From assembly GCA_045605805.1 (NCBI GenBank), contig JAZUQR010000026.1:11316-75315 (forward strand): 64,000 nucleotides of DNA. The letters are read 5' to 3'. The translations under genes and the position numbers were made by a program. Origin of the DNA: Alphaproteobacteria bacterium (GTDB taxonomy: Bacteria > Pseudomonadota > Alphaproteobacteria > CAAHEQ01 > UBA3637). The notes beneath the pieces are model-generated. The model had not been told where the DNA came from. It did not search any database and worked only from the letters and a program-made list of their open reading frames with translations. Below, one piece after another: positions 46,744 to 57,285 of the stretch (the stretch's first letter is position 1; each line of letters starts with the position of its first letter).

Positions 46744-47508
46744 TTAGCCTTCTTCATTGGTTTTGGCATATTCTTCCCCGTACATTTCCCATTGGTCAAC
46801 CGAACGCTTCCAATCTTTAATTGGGTTGCCATACTTATCACGCCACTTTTGGCGGGAATAATAAGCGTGGAATTGGTAAGGGTTGATTCTATGATAGTTC
46901 ATTGTTTGACAATACTCTTCCACTTGTTCTATGGACGGGCTGTTATCACTTGATCCCAACAGTTGTCCGATTGGAACCGGACCTTTAGAAATTGAGCCTT
47001 GCCTTGGCACACTCCAATTCATTGCCAAGCCTGAGGGAGTTTCTTTTTCATTATATACATTCTGGGCATTCTTTCCTTTCTTATTTATAGCCGCAGGTAG
47101 TTCGCCGGTCGTCCGCAGGTAGTTCGCGCCTGAGTCGCATTGGGACAATTCATCACCGCCTAACACATTGAAATCATTATATTTTAACATCTTTATAAGT
47201 AGTCCGTTTGCTAAGCGTTTTGTATCAACTTCCCCGGTTTTTTTGAGTTTTGCTATAACCCGCTTGATTTATTGCGGGGATTTTTTTAAGGCCTCTGAAA
47301 TCACTGCATAACTGGTCAGCAATTCGCCTTTATGGATAACATATTCATAAAGTTCTTTATCTTGGAAATTTGCGCGCAGTAAGAGATAAAGATATACTTG
47401 GCACACATTCTCATCCGGAAGCCAGCGCCAGTTTAAATAACGTCTGTCTAATTTGACAAAGCCAAGAGGAAAATGCGGATCATCCGTTTTTTGTTTGTTT
47501 TGAGACAT
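46744..47508 (-). pseudogene. Phage-type replication initiator, interrupted by in-frame TAA at 47269-47271
   Basis: GFVKLDRRYLNWRW..YLLLRAN N-terminus reads in frame into 47190 ORF ending FHAYY..W..G.PIKDWK. Confidence 0.75.
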
Positions 47509-47541
47509 CAGGTGTGTCCTTTCTAATGAGAGGGAAAATGG

Positions 47542-48499
47542 TTAATCTTTGACGGGTGGAAAACCGAACAGTTTTCTTTGTTCGGGCCAACTGGCCGGGA
47601 TAGAGGCCCTCAATAATTCTCGGGCGGTCATAGTTTTGGGTTGAGCTCCCCGTAAAATGGCATCAATAATATCCGGTGCCAAAAAGGTAAGCCGAATTTG
47701 CGCCCCGATATAGGCCGGATCCTGATGATATACTTCGGCCAGTTCATGCAGGTTTAAGTTCTTGGCTTCCTAGGTTTCACGATAAGTAAAACCGTTGGCC
47801 AAAATCTTAATGAGATAGCGGTCTTCTTTCTTGGATGGCTTTTCACCTGAGGTCAAATACAGCATATCCGACACCGTTTCGGGCAAATGAATCTCTTTGC
47901 TCCCACGATGTGTAATCAGGTTAAAGGGAACCGTTGATTCCATCAGTTCCGGTTTTAATTCATTGGGTTTCAAACTGGCTTTCAGGCGTTTGTCCATCAG
48001 GTGAAGGGCCAAAGGTTTCCAGACCACAATAATTTTATCGGCAAAAATCGTTACCCCGTGAACCAGCAGGCTGACTATTTTTTCCTTTTGCGTGCCGGTC
48101 AGTTGTTGAAAGACAGAGTCAGTTTCACGCATGGCATAAAAGACTTCGCTTTCTTTTAAGTCCGGTTGCACTTGGCAGGCTTCCTGAGCCAGCGCCTGTA
48201 AAACATACGGGGATTTAATCAGTGGATTGAGCAAGTCCATCACCAAATTATCCAACAAGTGCATGGGGATGGCATTCAGCCGACATGAATGAGGTCCGTA
48301 TTTTTTGTGTATTTGATTTGAATAGGTTTTGGGCGGATTCAAATGTTTCTTTATCAATAATCGCTTGATGTTGGCCCGGGAAAGAAGTCCCTTTATGCGT
48401 AATCTCACCGATATAAACACGATTATTAAGCATACTCCTTAAAAAGGTCCAGCCGGGAACTTTTCCCCGAAAAGTGCAATTTTCCCGTAAAAGGCGCAA
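47542..48499 (-). pseudogene. Large serine recombinase remnant (no catalytic N-terminal domain, frameshift/deletion, in-frame TAG at 47770)
   Basis: LNNRVYIGEITHKG..FPGQHQAII recombinase domain; C-terminal LTFLAPDIIDAILRGAQP...WPEQRKLF. Confidence 0.8.
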
Positions 48500-48685
48500 A
48501 GTTATCGCTTTTTATGGATTACCTAGCAAAGAAAGTTTTGGTTGGTTCATCTGCTTAAATAGCACTTTTGCTTTCTTTTCCCAAAAAACACAGATGAATT
48601 GTGGTAAATGGGCATTTTCACATTGAGCCTAAAATGCATCACAAGAGCTTTTGTAACGGGCTTATCATTCCCCTGTTTCAAATAT

Positions 48686-48727
48686 GAAAAAAGCCCGTTT
48701 CAAACGGGCTGAATCTTAAATTGGTGG
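48686..48727 (-). repeat. 42-bp direct repeat (tRNA-proximal att) including tRNA terminator hairpin
   Basis: Identical to 29377-29418; AGCCCGTTT-G-AAACGGGCT-TTTTT. Confidence 0.93.
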
Positions 48728-48797
48728 AGATAAGGGGAATCGAACCCCTGACCTACGCATTGCGAACGCGTCGCTCTACCAACTGAGCTATATCCCC
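48722..48797 (-). tRNA. tRNA-Ala(CGC)
   Basis: GGGGATATAGCTCAGTTGGTAGAGCG-ACGCG-TTCGCAA-TGCGT...GTTCGATTCCCCTTATCTCCACCA; G3:U70 pair. Confidence 0.97.
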
Positions 48798-48844
48798 AAG
48801 CGAATGCAAGCATTATAGCATTTTCAAAATCCGCTGTCAAGCGT

Positions 48845-49819
48845 TTATTTCACGGGAACCCAAACCGTGTCGGCAAGTTTGTCGGCATCAGCAATGAGCA
48901 TAATCAAACGATCAACCCCCAAAGCATTGCCACTGGCTTCGGGCATGCCCAATTCTAAGGCAGACAAAAAGTCTTCATCCATCGGATCTTCCCATCCGTA
49001 CAGGCGTTTGCGTTCGGCATAATTGGCCACAAAACGTTCTCGTTGTTCAACAGGATCAGTCAGTTCAGAAAAAGCGTTGCACAGTTCGACACCGCACACA
49101 TAAGCCTCAAACCGTTCACACACTTTGGGATTGTCTGGCTTTTTGCGTGCCAAAGCCCCAAGCTGGGTGGGATATTCGCATAACAGAGTGGGGCGTTCGT
49201 CCCCCAAATGATCTTCCACTTTATTCAACATAATCCGAAAAAACACATCTTCCCATGTGTCATTTTCACCACAAAAAATGCCTTGTGCTTCGGCCTCTTT
49301 TTTCAAATCATCAGCCCATAAATTGACATTGGCATAACGCTGAAAAGCCTCCTCAACGGTTAAAACTTCCCATTCTAAAAAGGGATTGGCACTGCGCCCA
49401 TTATGCTTTAATTCTGTCACCCCGCAGGCAGTACAGCACGCCCGCACCAACGAAATGGTGTCGGCCATCATGGCATGATAATCGGTGTCGGTGCGATACC
49501 ATTCCAACATCAAAAACTCGGGGGCGTGCGTGTCGGAAACAGGCTCGTCACGATAGGCGTGACATAAAGTATAAATAGCCTTTTCACCAGCGACTAACAA
49601 TTTTTTCATGGCCAGTTCGGGGCTTGTGTGCAGATACATATCGCCTGTTTGAAAACATTTCAAGTGTACCTCATCACTTGGGGCAGGTTGCAGGGCAGGG
49701 ACATCTACTTCATTTAATCCCACCGAATCAAAGTGTGCACGAATTGTTTTAATCACTTGTCGGCGTATGTTCCGATAAGTTGTGTTTTTTAAGTATAAAT
49801 CAGGTTTCCACCATTTCAT
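48845..49819 (-). CDS. epmA: EF-P lysine ligase EpmA/GenX
   Basis: YLHTSPELAMKKLL, HAPEFLMLEWYR, ERFEAY..GVELCNAFSELTD; divergent from efp. Confidence 0.95.
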   Translation of the reverse strand: MKWWKPDLYLKNTTYRNIRRQVIKTIRAHFDSVGLNEVDVPALQPAPSDEVHLKCFQTGDMYLHTSPELAMKKLLVAGEKAIYTLCHAYRDEPVSDTHAPEFLMLEWYRTDTDYHAMMADTISLVRACCTACGVTELKHNGRSANPFLEWEVLTVEEAFQRYANVNLWADDLKKEAEAQGIFCGENDTWEDVFFRIMLNKVEDHLGDERPTLLCEYPTQLGALARKKPDNPKVCERFEAYVCGVELCNAFSELTDPVEQRERFVANYAERKRLYGWEDPMDEDFLSALELGMPEASGNALGVDRLIMLIADADKLADTVWVPVK

Positions 49820-49886
49820 CTTGACTTTCCTTTCTGATTTTAGTATACTACATTTATTCAATTTTTTCAAGGAAAGGATTTAAAAT

Positions 49887-50453
49887 ATGAAACAACAAGC
49901 AAACCAAATGCGCCCAGGGTGGGTCATTGACTTTAATGGCAAACAATATCTGGTCACAAAAATCAATATCATCACACCGGGAAAAGGCGGTGCTTTTATC
50001 CAAGTTGAAATGCGTGATGTGAAAACCGGTTTGAAAACCGAACAGCGTTGGCGCACAGCGGATACTGTTGAAAAATTGATGAGTGAAGAGTTTGATTGCA
50101 CATATCTGTATCGTGAGGGCGATAATTTGTGTTTTATGAATGCTGAAAACTATGAACAATTTGAAATTCCTGCCGAAATGTTGGGTGAAAAAGCCTTGTT
50201 CTTGCAAGATAATATGGCTGTCACAGTGAACTTTATTGAAGGCAAACCTGTGTCTGTGAATTTGCCAATGCATGTGACATTGACAATTGTTGAAACAGAA
50301 CCCTGTATCAAAGGGGCAACGGTGACAACCTCTTTCAAATCGGCTGTGTTGGAAAACGGTATTCGGACAACAGTGCCACCCTTTATTGCACAAGGTGAAA
50401 GAATTGTGGTGTCCACAGAAGATAATTCTTATGTAGAACGGGCCAAAAACTAG
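49887..50453 (+). CDS. efp: Elongation factor P
   Basis: TPGKGGAF, VPPFI, YVERA. Confidence 0.97.
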   Translation: MKQQANQMRPGWVIDFNGKQYLVTKINIITPGKGGAFIQVEMRDVKTGLKTEQRWRTADTVEKLMSEEFDCTYLYREGDNLCFMNAENYEQFEIPAEMLGEKALFLQDNMAVTVNFIEGKPVSVNLPMHVTLTIVETEPCIKGATVTTSFKSAVLENGIRTTVPPFIAQGERIVVSTEDNSYVERAKN

Positions 50454-51022
50454 GCTTTGCCGGCCTCGCTGATAAGCAGGTTCGCATCAATTCCCAAAGT
50501 GGCAAGGGCTTCTTGCCACTTTTTGTTATCGGGAGTGTGAAAAATTAAATCCAAATGAAGCGGGGCTAAAATCCACATATTACCCATCAATTCTTCCTCC
50601 AATTGGCCTCGTTCCCAAACAGACTTGCCCACAAACACGATAAAGTCTTTTGGGCCGGTCCCCTCTGAAATGTCATCTAAAACCTGTTGTGTTTCGGTCA
50701 ATAATAAATGATGGCACAGGTCTTGCGAATCCAAAGCATGATAATCATCCGTATGTAAAACAGCACCATGTCCCAAATCAACAGGGCCACCCTGATAAAT
50801 GTGAAAATCATCCCCCAAATAAGCAATATCCCTGTTCTTAAACACTTCTTTTGGCGTTAAATGCGTTAAAGGGTGATTCAAAACAAAACCTGTGGCGCCA
50901 TCTTGTTCGGTGTGTTTTGTGATTAAAATAACGGATTTGTTAAAAAACTGTCCTGCCTCGTTTTGGGCAGAAATAATCAATTGACCTTGTAAAGATTGAA
51001 AAGGGGGGAGAGTCCTAACCAT
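50450..51022 (-). CDS. YqgE/AlgH family protein
   Basis: GATGFVLN, GGPV, W..GQLEEE. Confidence 0.9.
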   Translation of the reverse strand: MVRTLPPFQSLQGQLIISAQNEAGQFFNKSVILITKHTEQDGATGFVLNHPLTHLTPKEVFKNRDIAYLGDDFHIYQGGPVDLGHGAVLHTDDYHALDSQDLCHHLLLTETQQVLDDISEGTGPKDFIVFVGKSVWERGQLEEELMGNMWILAPLHLDLIFHTPDNKKWQEALATLGIDANLLISEAGKA

Positions 51023-51368
51023 TTCCTTCGTCTTCAAAGTTTTCCATAATATCATTCAAGTCTGGATCATTTGGATTCAAATCGCCATCTTCTTCCAAAA
51101 TATCCAATTCTTGTGGTTCATCATCTTCATCTGTCAATTGTAAGGAAGTCATATTCAATAAGGCTTCATCATTCAAATCTTCGTCATCCAGTTTTGGGGC
51201 AGCTTTTCTTGCCATCTTAGCCAAATGTTTTGCCCGAGCCTGTTCATATGTTTCCAAAGTATATTCAACGCCACATTTTGGGCAAACAAACTCAGGTTTA
51301 CCCATATCATAGAAAAAAGCCCCACATTTATGACATTGTCTTTTTAATCCCCACTTTGATTTATCCAT
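51015..51368 (-). CDS. FYDLN acid domain protein (TIGR02300-like)
   Basis: WGLKRQCHKCGAFFYDM..CPKCG plus acidic tail. Confidence 0.9.
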   Translation of the reverse strand: MDKSKWGLKRQCHKCGAFFYDMGKPEFVCPKCGVEYTLETYEQARAKHLAKMARKAAPKLDDEDLNDEALLNMTSLQLTDEDDEPQELDILEEDGDLNPNDPDLNDIMENFEDEGNG

Positions 51369-51513
51369 ATTCTTCTCCTTTTTTTCTAAGTGTTTTTCAG
51401 ACTGTTTTATTGATTTTTTCAAGATTGTCAAGAAAAAAATGTATAAAAGCACTTGTATTGTTAAAAATTATCAGATATCATTGCTTCCAGCAGAAAAAAT
51501 ACAGGAGATTCTT

Positions 51514-52521
51514 ATGAAAGAAAAAGGAACAATTTATGTTGTCATGCCGGCCTATAATGTGGAACGCTTTTTGGCCACTGCGTTTGATTCCTTGCTGGCT
51601 CAAACATATACAGATTGGGTTTGTTTGTGTATGAATGATGGGTCAAGTGATAAAACATACGAAGTGATGCAAAAATATGCCGCCCTTGACACAAGAATCA
51701 AGATTTACTCGCAAGAAAATCAAGGGCTCACAAAAACAATGAATACATTGCTCAATATGGTAAAAGGGCCATATTTATCTTTTTTGGATGCAGATGATGC
51801 ATATCACCCCCAAATGCTGGAAGTGCTGATGAATACGATGGTTTGGGCAAATGCGGATGTTGTTGAATGTGGCGTACGGCGTTTCGTGGATACAGTTCCC
51901 GGCGAATTTTTACAACCGATAGAATCCAGTCAAAATGAAATACAGGTATTGGAAAATATGAATATCTTTTTGACGCATAAAACATCGGTTGGAGCATGGA
52001 TTCCAAAATGGAATAAATTATATGACTTTGATAAAGTAAAAACCATCAGGTTTAGTGAGCAATTATGCCATGAAGACGATTACTTCTATAATTCATTGGT
52101 GCATACGGTTATCAAGAAAAAAGTGCTTGTTCCATATCCGTTTTATTTTTACAGACATAACAGTTCCAGCCTGTGCGGGAATGTCAATTGGAAACGCTAT
52201 CAAACTTCCGGTATCAACAGAATCAAATTGAGTTATGATTATTTTATTGCGGGCGGTAAATGTGGTGAAATATATCAAAAGGCCTTTTTGAATGATTTGT
52301 CACAAGATGCGTACAGAATGATTGTCAGAAAGCCCATCAAATGCGAAAAGAACAAAGACACAAGACGACAAATCTATAACAATGCCAAGACCGCTATGCA
52401 AGACTATCTCTCACACGGAATTGTGCAAACACAGTTTCTTAAACCGATGGCTCGTTTTCATATATGGTTGCTGGTTCATAATTGGTATTATTTAACACTT
52501 TTAATGGCTAAATTGAGTTAA
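51514..52521 (+). CDS. Glycosyltransferase family 2
   Basis: MPAYNVE, NDGSSD, FLDADD, HEDD. Confidence 0.92.
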   Translation: MKEKGTIYVVMPAYNVERFLATAFDSLLAQTYTDWVCLCMNDGSSDKTYEVMQKYAALDTRIKIYSQENQGLTKTMNTLLNMVKGPYLSFLDADDAYHPQMLEVLMNTMVWANADVVECGVRRFVDTVPGEFLQPIESSQNEIQVLENMNIFLTHKTSVGAWIPKWNKLYDFDKVKTIRFSEQLCHEDDYFYNSLVHTVIKKKVLVPYPFYFYRHNSSSLCGNVNWKRYQTSGINRIKLSYDYFIAGGKCGEIYQKAFLNDLSQDAYRMIVRKPIKCEKNKDTRRQIYNNAKTAMQDYLSHGIVQTQFLKPMARFHIWLLVHNWYYLTLLMAKLS

Positions 52522-52913
52522 CGGCTCAACCATTGTTGTAAAATCACCCGAGCGCTTTCGGCATCCAACACCGCCTTGCGTTTGTCGGGTCGCATAAAAA
52601 GAGCCTCTTTCAAAAACGATTCGGCCCGCAAGGAAGTTTTGGTTTCATCTTGCCAATAAATCGGCAAATGATATTTTTCTTCCAATCGGTTGGCAAATAA
52701 ACGAGCGTTTCGGGCAGTTTCCCCTTCCGTTCCATCAGGTTGTAAGGGCAGTCCAATCACAAAAGCCATCACGCCTTTTGCCGGTACAATATCGTCCAGC
52801 TCGGTGATTTTGTGGATAATTTTGAAAGCCTTTGCAATGCGTTCCTTTTCGCCCGCCAAAGCCAATCCAATGCGTTTTGCACCATAGTCAATGCCTAAAA
52901 AATTTTTTTCCAT
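52518..52913 (-). CDS. ruvX: YqgF/RuvX family nuclease
   Basis: LGIDYGAKRIGLA, IGLP, QDE. Confidence 0.92.
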   Translation of the reverse strand: MEKNFLGIDYGAKRIGLALAGEKERIAKAFKIIHKITELDDIVPAKGVMAFVIGLPLQPDGTEGETARNARLFANRLEEKYHLPIYWQDETKTSLRAESFLKEALFMRPDKRKAVLDAESARVILQQWLSR

Positions 52914-52987
52914 AAAAAGTCCTTGCACTCTTGAACGAATTTCGGTAAAATCTTGATAAAATAAATTGTACCAATGAAGGAGTGGAA

Positions 52988-53437
52988 ATGCAAGAAAAAA
53001 AGATATTGATTGCCTCGGACCACGGTGGCTTTACCTTAAAACAATCTCTGAAAAGCTATTTATTGGAAAAAGGATATGAAGTTTTGGATTGTGGCACGCA
53101 TTCTGCCGATTCGGTCAATTATCCGGATTATGCGGCTGCTTTGGCAAAAGGCATGAAAGAAGGTAAAGCCAATAAGGGAATCTTGATTTGTACCTCTGGC
53201 ATTGGGATGAGTATTGCCGCCAACCGCTATCCGTTCATTCGGGCAGCATTGGTTGCTAATCGGGAGCTGGCTGAACTTGCCCGCTTGCATAACGATGCCA
53301 ATGTGTTAGTATTCGGGGCCAAGTTTATCTCTGAGGAAGTGGCCAAAGAATGTGTGGATGTATTTTTAACAACAGAGTTTTCCGGTGGACGTCACTGTTG
53401 CCGAGTGGAAGCTCTTGAAAGGATGACAAATGAATAA
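52988..53437 (+). CDS. rpiB: Ribose-5-phosphate isomerase B
   Basis: [31 protein letters not shown]. Confidence 0.96.
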   Translation: MQEKKILIASDHGGFTLKQSLKSYLLEKGYEVLDCGTHSADSVNYPDYAAALAKGMKEGKANKGILICTSGIGMSIAANRYPFIRAALVANRELAELARLHNDANVLVFGAKFISEEVAKECVDVFLTTEFSGGRHCCRVEALERMTNE

Positions 53438-54698
53438 TTTTTTTGATGCCTCATTAAAACAATCAGACAGCGCTGTGGCTGATATTCTTCAAAAAGAATT
53501 GGCACGCCAGCAAGACCATATTGAATTGATTGCGTCTGAAAATATCGTCTCTCGTGCCGTTATTGAAACGATGGGTTCTGTCTTAACAAACAAATATGCC
53601 GAAGGCTATCCCGCCAAAAGATATTATCATGGCTGTGAATGTGTGGATGAAGCCGAAGTGTTGGCGCAAGAACGGTTGAAAAAGATATTTAATGCCGCCT
53701 TTGCGAATGTCCAACCACACTCTGGCTCACAGGCAAATGCCGCTGTGTATATGGCTTTATTGCAACCTCAGGATACACTGATGGGACTCAGTCTGGATGC
53801 GGGCGGTCACCTCACGCATGGGGCAAGCGTGTCATCATCTGGCAAATACTATCATGCGGTGCAATATGGGGTCAATGAAAACGGTTTAATTGATTATGAT
53901 GCGGTGGAAGCGTTGGCAAAAGAACATCGCCCAAAATTGATTGTGACAGGCGGTTCGGCCTATCCTCGGTTGATTGATTTTAAGCGTTTTCGTGAAATTG
54001 CCGATTCTGTGGGGGCTTATCTGATGGTGGATATGGCGCACTTTGCTGGCTTGGTGGCTGGTAAGCAAATCCCAAATCCGTTGGACTATGCTGATGTGGT
54101 GACTTCTACAACACATAAAACATTACGGGGTCCTCGTGGCGGTGTGATTTTAACCAACAAAGAAGAATTGTATAAAAAATTGAACTCGGCCATCTTCCCC
54201 GGCTTGCAAGGTGGCCCTTTGATGCATGTGATTGCCGCCAAAGCGGTGGCCTTTGGGGAAGCCTTAAAACCCGAATTTGAAGCCTATGCGAAACAGGTGA
54301 TTCAAAACGCAAAAGTGATGGAAAAAGTATTCACGCAACGGAACATTGATATGGTTTCGGGGGGAACGGATACACATTTGTTGTTGATTGATTTAAGAAA
54401 TCGTTCTTTGAAGGGGAACGAAGTGTGTGACGCATTGGCTTCGGCCCATATTATCTGTAATAAAAATGCCGTGCCGAATGATCCGCAAAAACCAAGTGTG
54501 ACTTCTGGCTTGCGAGTGGGAACACCGGCTGGCACAACACGAGGCTTTGGGGAACAAGAGTTTGCCCAAATTGCCAATTGGATTGCTGATATTGTGGATG
54601 CTGTACCAACGGATAAATTACCTTCTGTGATTGAGGAGGTGAAAGCCAAAGTGTCTCATCTGTGTCAATCTTTCCCGATTTATGAAAGGGGTTTTTAA
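53430..54698 (+). CDS. glyA: Serine hydroxymethyltransferase
   Basis: [28 protein letters not shown]. Confidence 0.98.
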   Translation: MNNFFDASLKQSDSAVADILQKELARQQDHIELIASENIVSRAVIETMGSVLTNKYAEGYPAKRYYHGCECVDEAEVLAQERLKKIFNAAFANVQPHSGSQANAAVYMALLQPQDTLMGLSLDAGGHLTHGASVSSSGKYYHAVQYGVNENGLIDYDAVEALAKEHRPKLIVTGGSAYPRLIDFKRFREIADSVGAYLMVDMAHFAGLVAGKQIPNPLDYADVVTSTTHKTLRGPRGGVILTNKEELYKKLNSAIFPGLQGGPLMHVIAAKAVAFGEALKPEFEAYAKQVIQNAKVMEKVFTQRNIDMVSGGTDTHLLLIDLRNRSLKGNEVCDALASAHIICNKNAVPNDPQKPSVTSGLRVGTPAGTTRGFGEQEFAQIANWIADIVDAVPTDKLPSVIEEVKAKVSHLCQSFPIYERGF

Positions 54699-55165
54699 TG
54701 CGTTGTCCGTTTTGCGGTTATGCCGATACACAGGTGAAAGATTCCAGACCCAGTGACGATGGTACAAGCATTCGCAGAAGACGAGGCTGTCCCAAATGTC
54801 ATGCCCGCTTTTCAACGGTGGAACATGTCCAACTGCGTGACTTGACGGTGGTAAAAAAAGATGGAACAAAAGTGCCGTTTGATCGGGATAAATTGGAATA
54901 CTCACTGGCTTTGGCCACACGCAAACGCAACATTGAACAAAGCAAAGTGTCGGTGCTTGTCAATCAAATTGTGCGTCGGTTGGAAGAACTGGGTGAAACG
55001 GAAATCCATTCCAACGAAATTGGCTCATTTGTGATGGAAGCACTATTAAAACTTGACAAAGTTGCATATATACGCTATGCTTCTGTATATAAAAACTTCA
55101 CTTCCACGGAAGACTTTGAAGATTTTGTGGCACATTTAACAGAAAAGAAAGACAATGGAAAATAG
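54698..55165 (+). CDS. nrdR: Transcriptional repressor NrdR
   Basis: MRCPFC..VKDSR..RRRR.C..C, ATP-cone, AYIRYASVY. Confidence 0.97.
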   Translation: MRCPFCGYADTQVKDSRPSDDGTSIRRRRGCPKCHARFSTVEHVQLRDLTVVKKDGTKVPFDRDKLEYSLALATRKRNIEQSKVSVLVNQIVRRLEELGETEIHSNEIGSFVMEALLKLDKVAYIRYASVYKNFTSTEDFEDFVAHLTEKKDNGK

Positions 55166-55625
55166 AACATTAAAATACACAAATGCCCGTTTAATGGCGG
55201 TTCAAGCCGTCTATGCCCAAGCACAATCCAATGAAGATTGGAATAAACTGATAAGCCGTTTTTTGTTGGAAGAAGTGGGTGGAACGGTGATTGAAGGAAA
55301 AGGAAAAGAACAAAAATATATTGATTTGGAACCGGCCGATAAAGAATTGTTTGCATCACTGGTTCAATATGTGCGGGATAACCAAGAAAATCTGGCCGAA
55401 ACGGTAAAAGCCTCGCTGTCCGAACACTTGAAAAAGGCCGAATTGGATGCAGTTTTGACAGCTTTGTTAAAAGTCGGTGTGGCCGAATTTTTTGTCAATC
55501 CAAACTTGGATGCCCCGATTATCATCAACGAATATGTGGATTTGGCTCGTTCTTTTTATGAGGGGGCAGAAGTTAAAATCACAAATGCTGTGATGGATAA
55601 AGTGGCAAAGGTTTTGCGCACATAG
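55155..55625 (+). CDS. nusB: Transcription antitermination factor NusB
   Basis: ARLMAVQAVY, IIINEYVDLA. Confidence 0.9.
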   Translation: MENRTLKYTNARLMAVQAVYAQAQSNEDWNKLISRFLLEEVGGTVIEGKGKEQKYIDLEPADKELFASLVQYVRDNQENLAETVKASLSEHLKKAELDAVLTALLKVGVAEFFVNPNLDAPIIINEYVDLARSFYEGAEVKITNAVMDKVAKVLRT

Positions 55626-55673
55626 CAAACATTATTGCGTGACAAAGCACAAAAAGTGTGCTAAAATAAAAAT

Positions 55674-56789
55674 ATGTTAAAATATAAAGTTTTGAAAAAA
55701 GAAGGCAAAGCTCGTCGTGGCGTTCTGGAAACGGCCCATGGTGTGGTGAATACACCGGCCTTTATGCCTGTTGGTACAGTGGGTACGGTGAAAGCGATGA
55801 CACCCGAAGCAGTGGCCGATACGGGTGCGGAAATCCTTTTGGGAAATACCTATCACCTGATGTTGCGCCCAACGGCCGAAAGGGTAGCCTCTTTCGGTGG
55901 ATTGCATAAGTTTATGAATTGGCCAAAGCCGATTTTAACCGACAGTGGTGGTTTTCAAGTAATGAGTCTGTCTGGTTTAAGAAAAATTACCGAAGAGGGG
56001 GTCACTTTCCAATCACACCTGTCCGGAGAAAAGATTTTTTTATCACCTGAACGATCAATGGAAATCCAATATCTGTTAGATTCCAATATCACAATGGCGT
56101 TTGATGAGTGTATTAAATATCCTTCGCCTCGCAAAGATGTGGAGGAATCTATGCGTCGTTCTATGCGTTGGGCAAAACGATCAAAAAAAGCATTTAAGGA
56201 CCGAGAAGGCTATGGTCTGTTTGGTATTGTGCAAGGTGGAATGTTTGAAGATTTGCGTCAAGAATCTATCCGAGCCCTCACCGAAATCGGATTTGATGGG
56301 TACGCTATTGGCGGTTTGGCGGTGGGCGAAGGTCAAGAAACAATGTTTGAAGTTTTGGACTATACAGCTTGTGCCTTGCCTGAAGAAAAACCACGTTATC
56401 TGATGGGCGTTGGCCGACCAAGCGATATTGTGGGGGCGGTGGCCCGTGGGGTGGATATGTTTGATTGTGTGATGCCGTCCCGTTCTGGCAGAACAGGCCA
56501 AGCCTTTACAAGCCATGGTGTGTTGAATATGCGCAATGCGTGCCATACAGACAGTCACAGCCCATTGGATGCACAATGCGCCTGTCCGGCTTGTCAAAAT
56601 TATACCCGAGGCTATATCCATCACCTGTTTATGGCGGGCGAGATTTTGGGGCCTATGCTGTTGACCCAACATAACATCACCTTCTATGAAACACTGATGC
56701 AGCAAATTCGCCAAGCGATTGAAGAAAATCGTTTTGATGCCTTTTATCAATCTTTTTTGGAAAGATATAAGGATGAAAGAAAGTTTTAA
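55674..56789 (+). CDS. tgt: Queuine tRNA-ribosyltransferase
   Basis: [27 protein letters not shown], CxCxxC. Confidence 0.97.
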   Translation: MLKYKVLKKEGKARRGVLETAHGVVNTPAFMPVGTVGTVKAMTPEAVADTGAEILLGNTYHLMLRPTAERVASFGGLHKFMNWPKPILTDSGGFQVMSLSGLRKITEEGVTFQSHLSGEKIFLSPERSMEIQYLLDSNITMAFDECIKYPSPRKDVEESMRRSMRWAKRSKKAFKDREGYGLFGIVQGGMFEDLRQESIRALTEIGFDGYAIGGLAVGEGQETMFEVLDYTACALPEEKPRYLMGVGRPSDIVGAVARGVDMFDCVMPSRSGRTGQAFTSHGVLNMRNACHTDSHSPLDAQCACPACQNYTRGYIHHLFMAGEILGPMLLTQHNITFYETLMQQIRQAIEENRFDAFYQSFLERYKDERKF

Positions 56790-57285
56790 GACAGAACCCC
56801 GATCCCGCCAATATGAAGGACTTGCTCCTTTAACAAAAGATGCAAACACTTTGACAAAAAACATCTTTGGCGACAGGGGTTTCGTCGGGGTGGATCTTAT
56901 CACGAATTGGGCAGAAATTGTGGGCAAAGATTTGGCACAAGGCGTTCTGCCGGTGCGTTTAACCTTCCCACAAAATCAACGCAGTAATGGTGTGCTTCAT
57001 GTGCGCACAGCAGGTGGGGCTTTTGCCTTGTTGTTTGAACACCAAAAAACACGGGTTATAGAACGAGTCAATACCTATTTTGGTTATCCAGCCATAGCCC
57101 AAATTCGCCTTGTTCAAGGGGCGGTCAAATTGCCCAAACCCGAACCACACGAAGTAGAATGGCCTTTGGAAGACGAGGAAGTGCAAGCCTTGCTGAAAAA
57201 AGTGGATGCCATTGAAGATAATGATTTGCGTTCCCGTGTTTTTGAATTGGGTGTGGCTATGATTCAAAAAAGGAAGAAAGCATGA
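56773..57285 (+). CDS. DUF721/DciA family protein
   Basis: [24 protein letters not shown]. Confidence 0.85.
   Translation: MKESFKTEPRSRQYEGLAPLTKDANTLTKNIFGDRGFVGVDLITNWAEIVGKDLAQGVLPVRLTFPQNQRSNGVLHVRTAGGAFALLFEHQKTRVIERVNTYFGYPAIAQIRLVQGAVKLPKPEPHEVEWPLEDEEVQALLKKVDAIEDNDLRSRVFELGVAMIQKRKKA

Larger units (their letters stand above)
29377..48727. mobile_element. About 19.3-kb integrated island (degraded prophage or satellite-like element) at tRNA-Ala(CGC)
   Basis: Flanking 42-bp direct repeats, serine recombinase and rep remnants, cos-like site, R-M cargo. Confidence 0.85.

Noticed and set aside
30546-47772. In-frame TAG stops in two island genes suggesting stop-codon recoding
   Set aside because: A third interruption is TAA, the recombinase is also truncated and frameshifted, and TAG ends normal genes (efp, nusB); ordinary decay explains it
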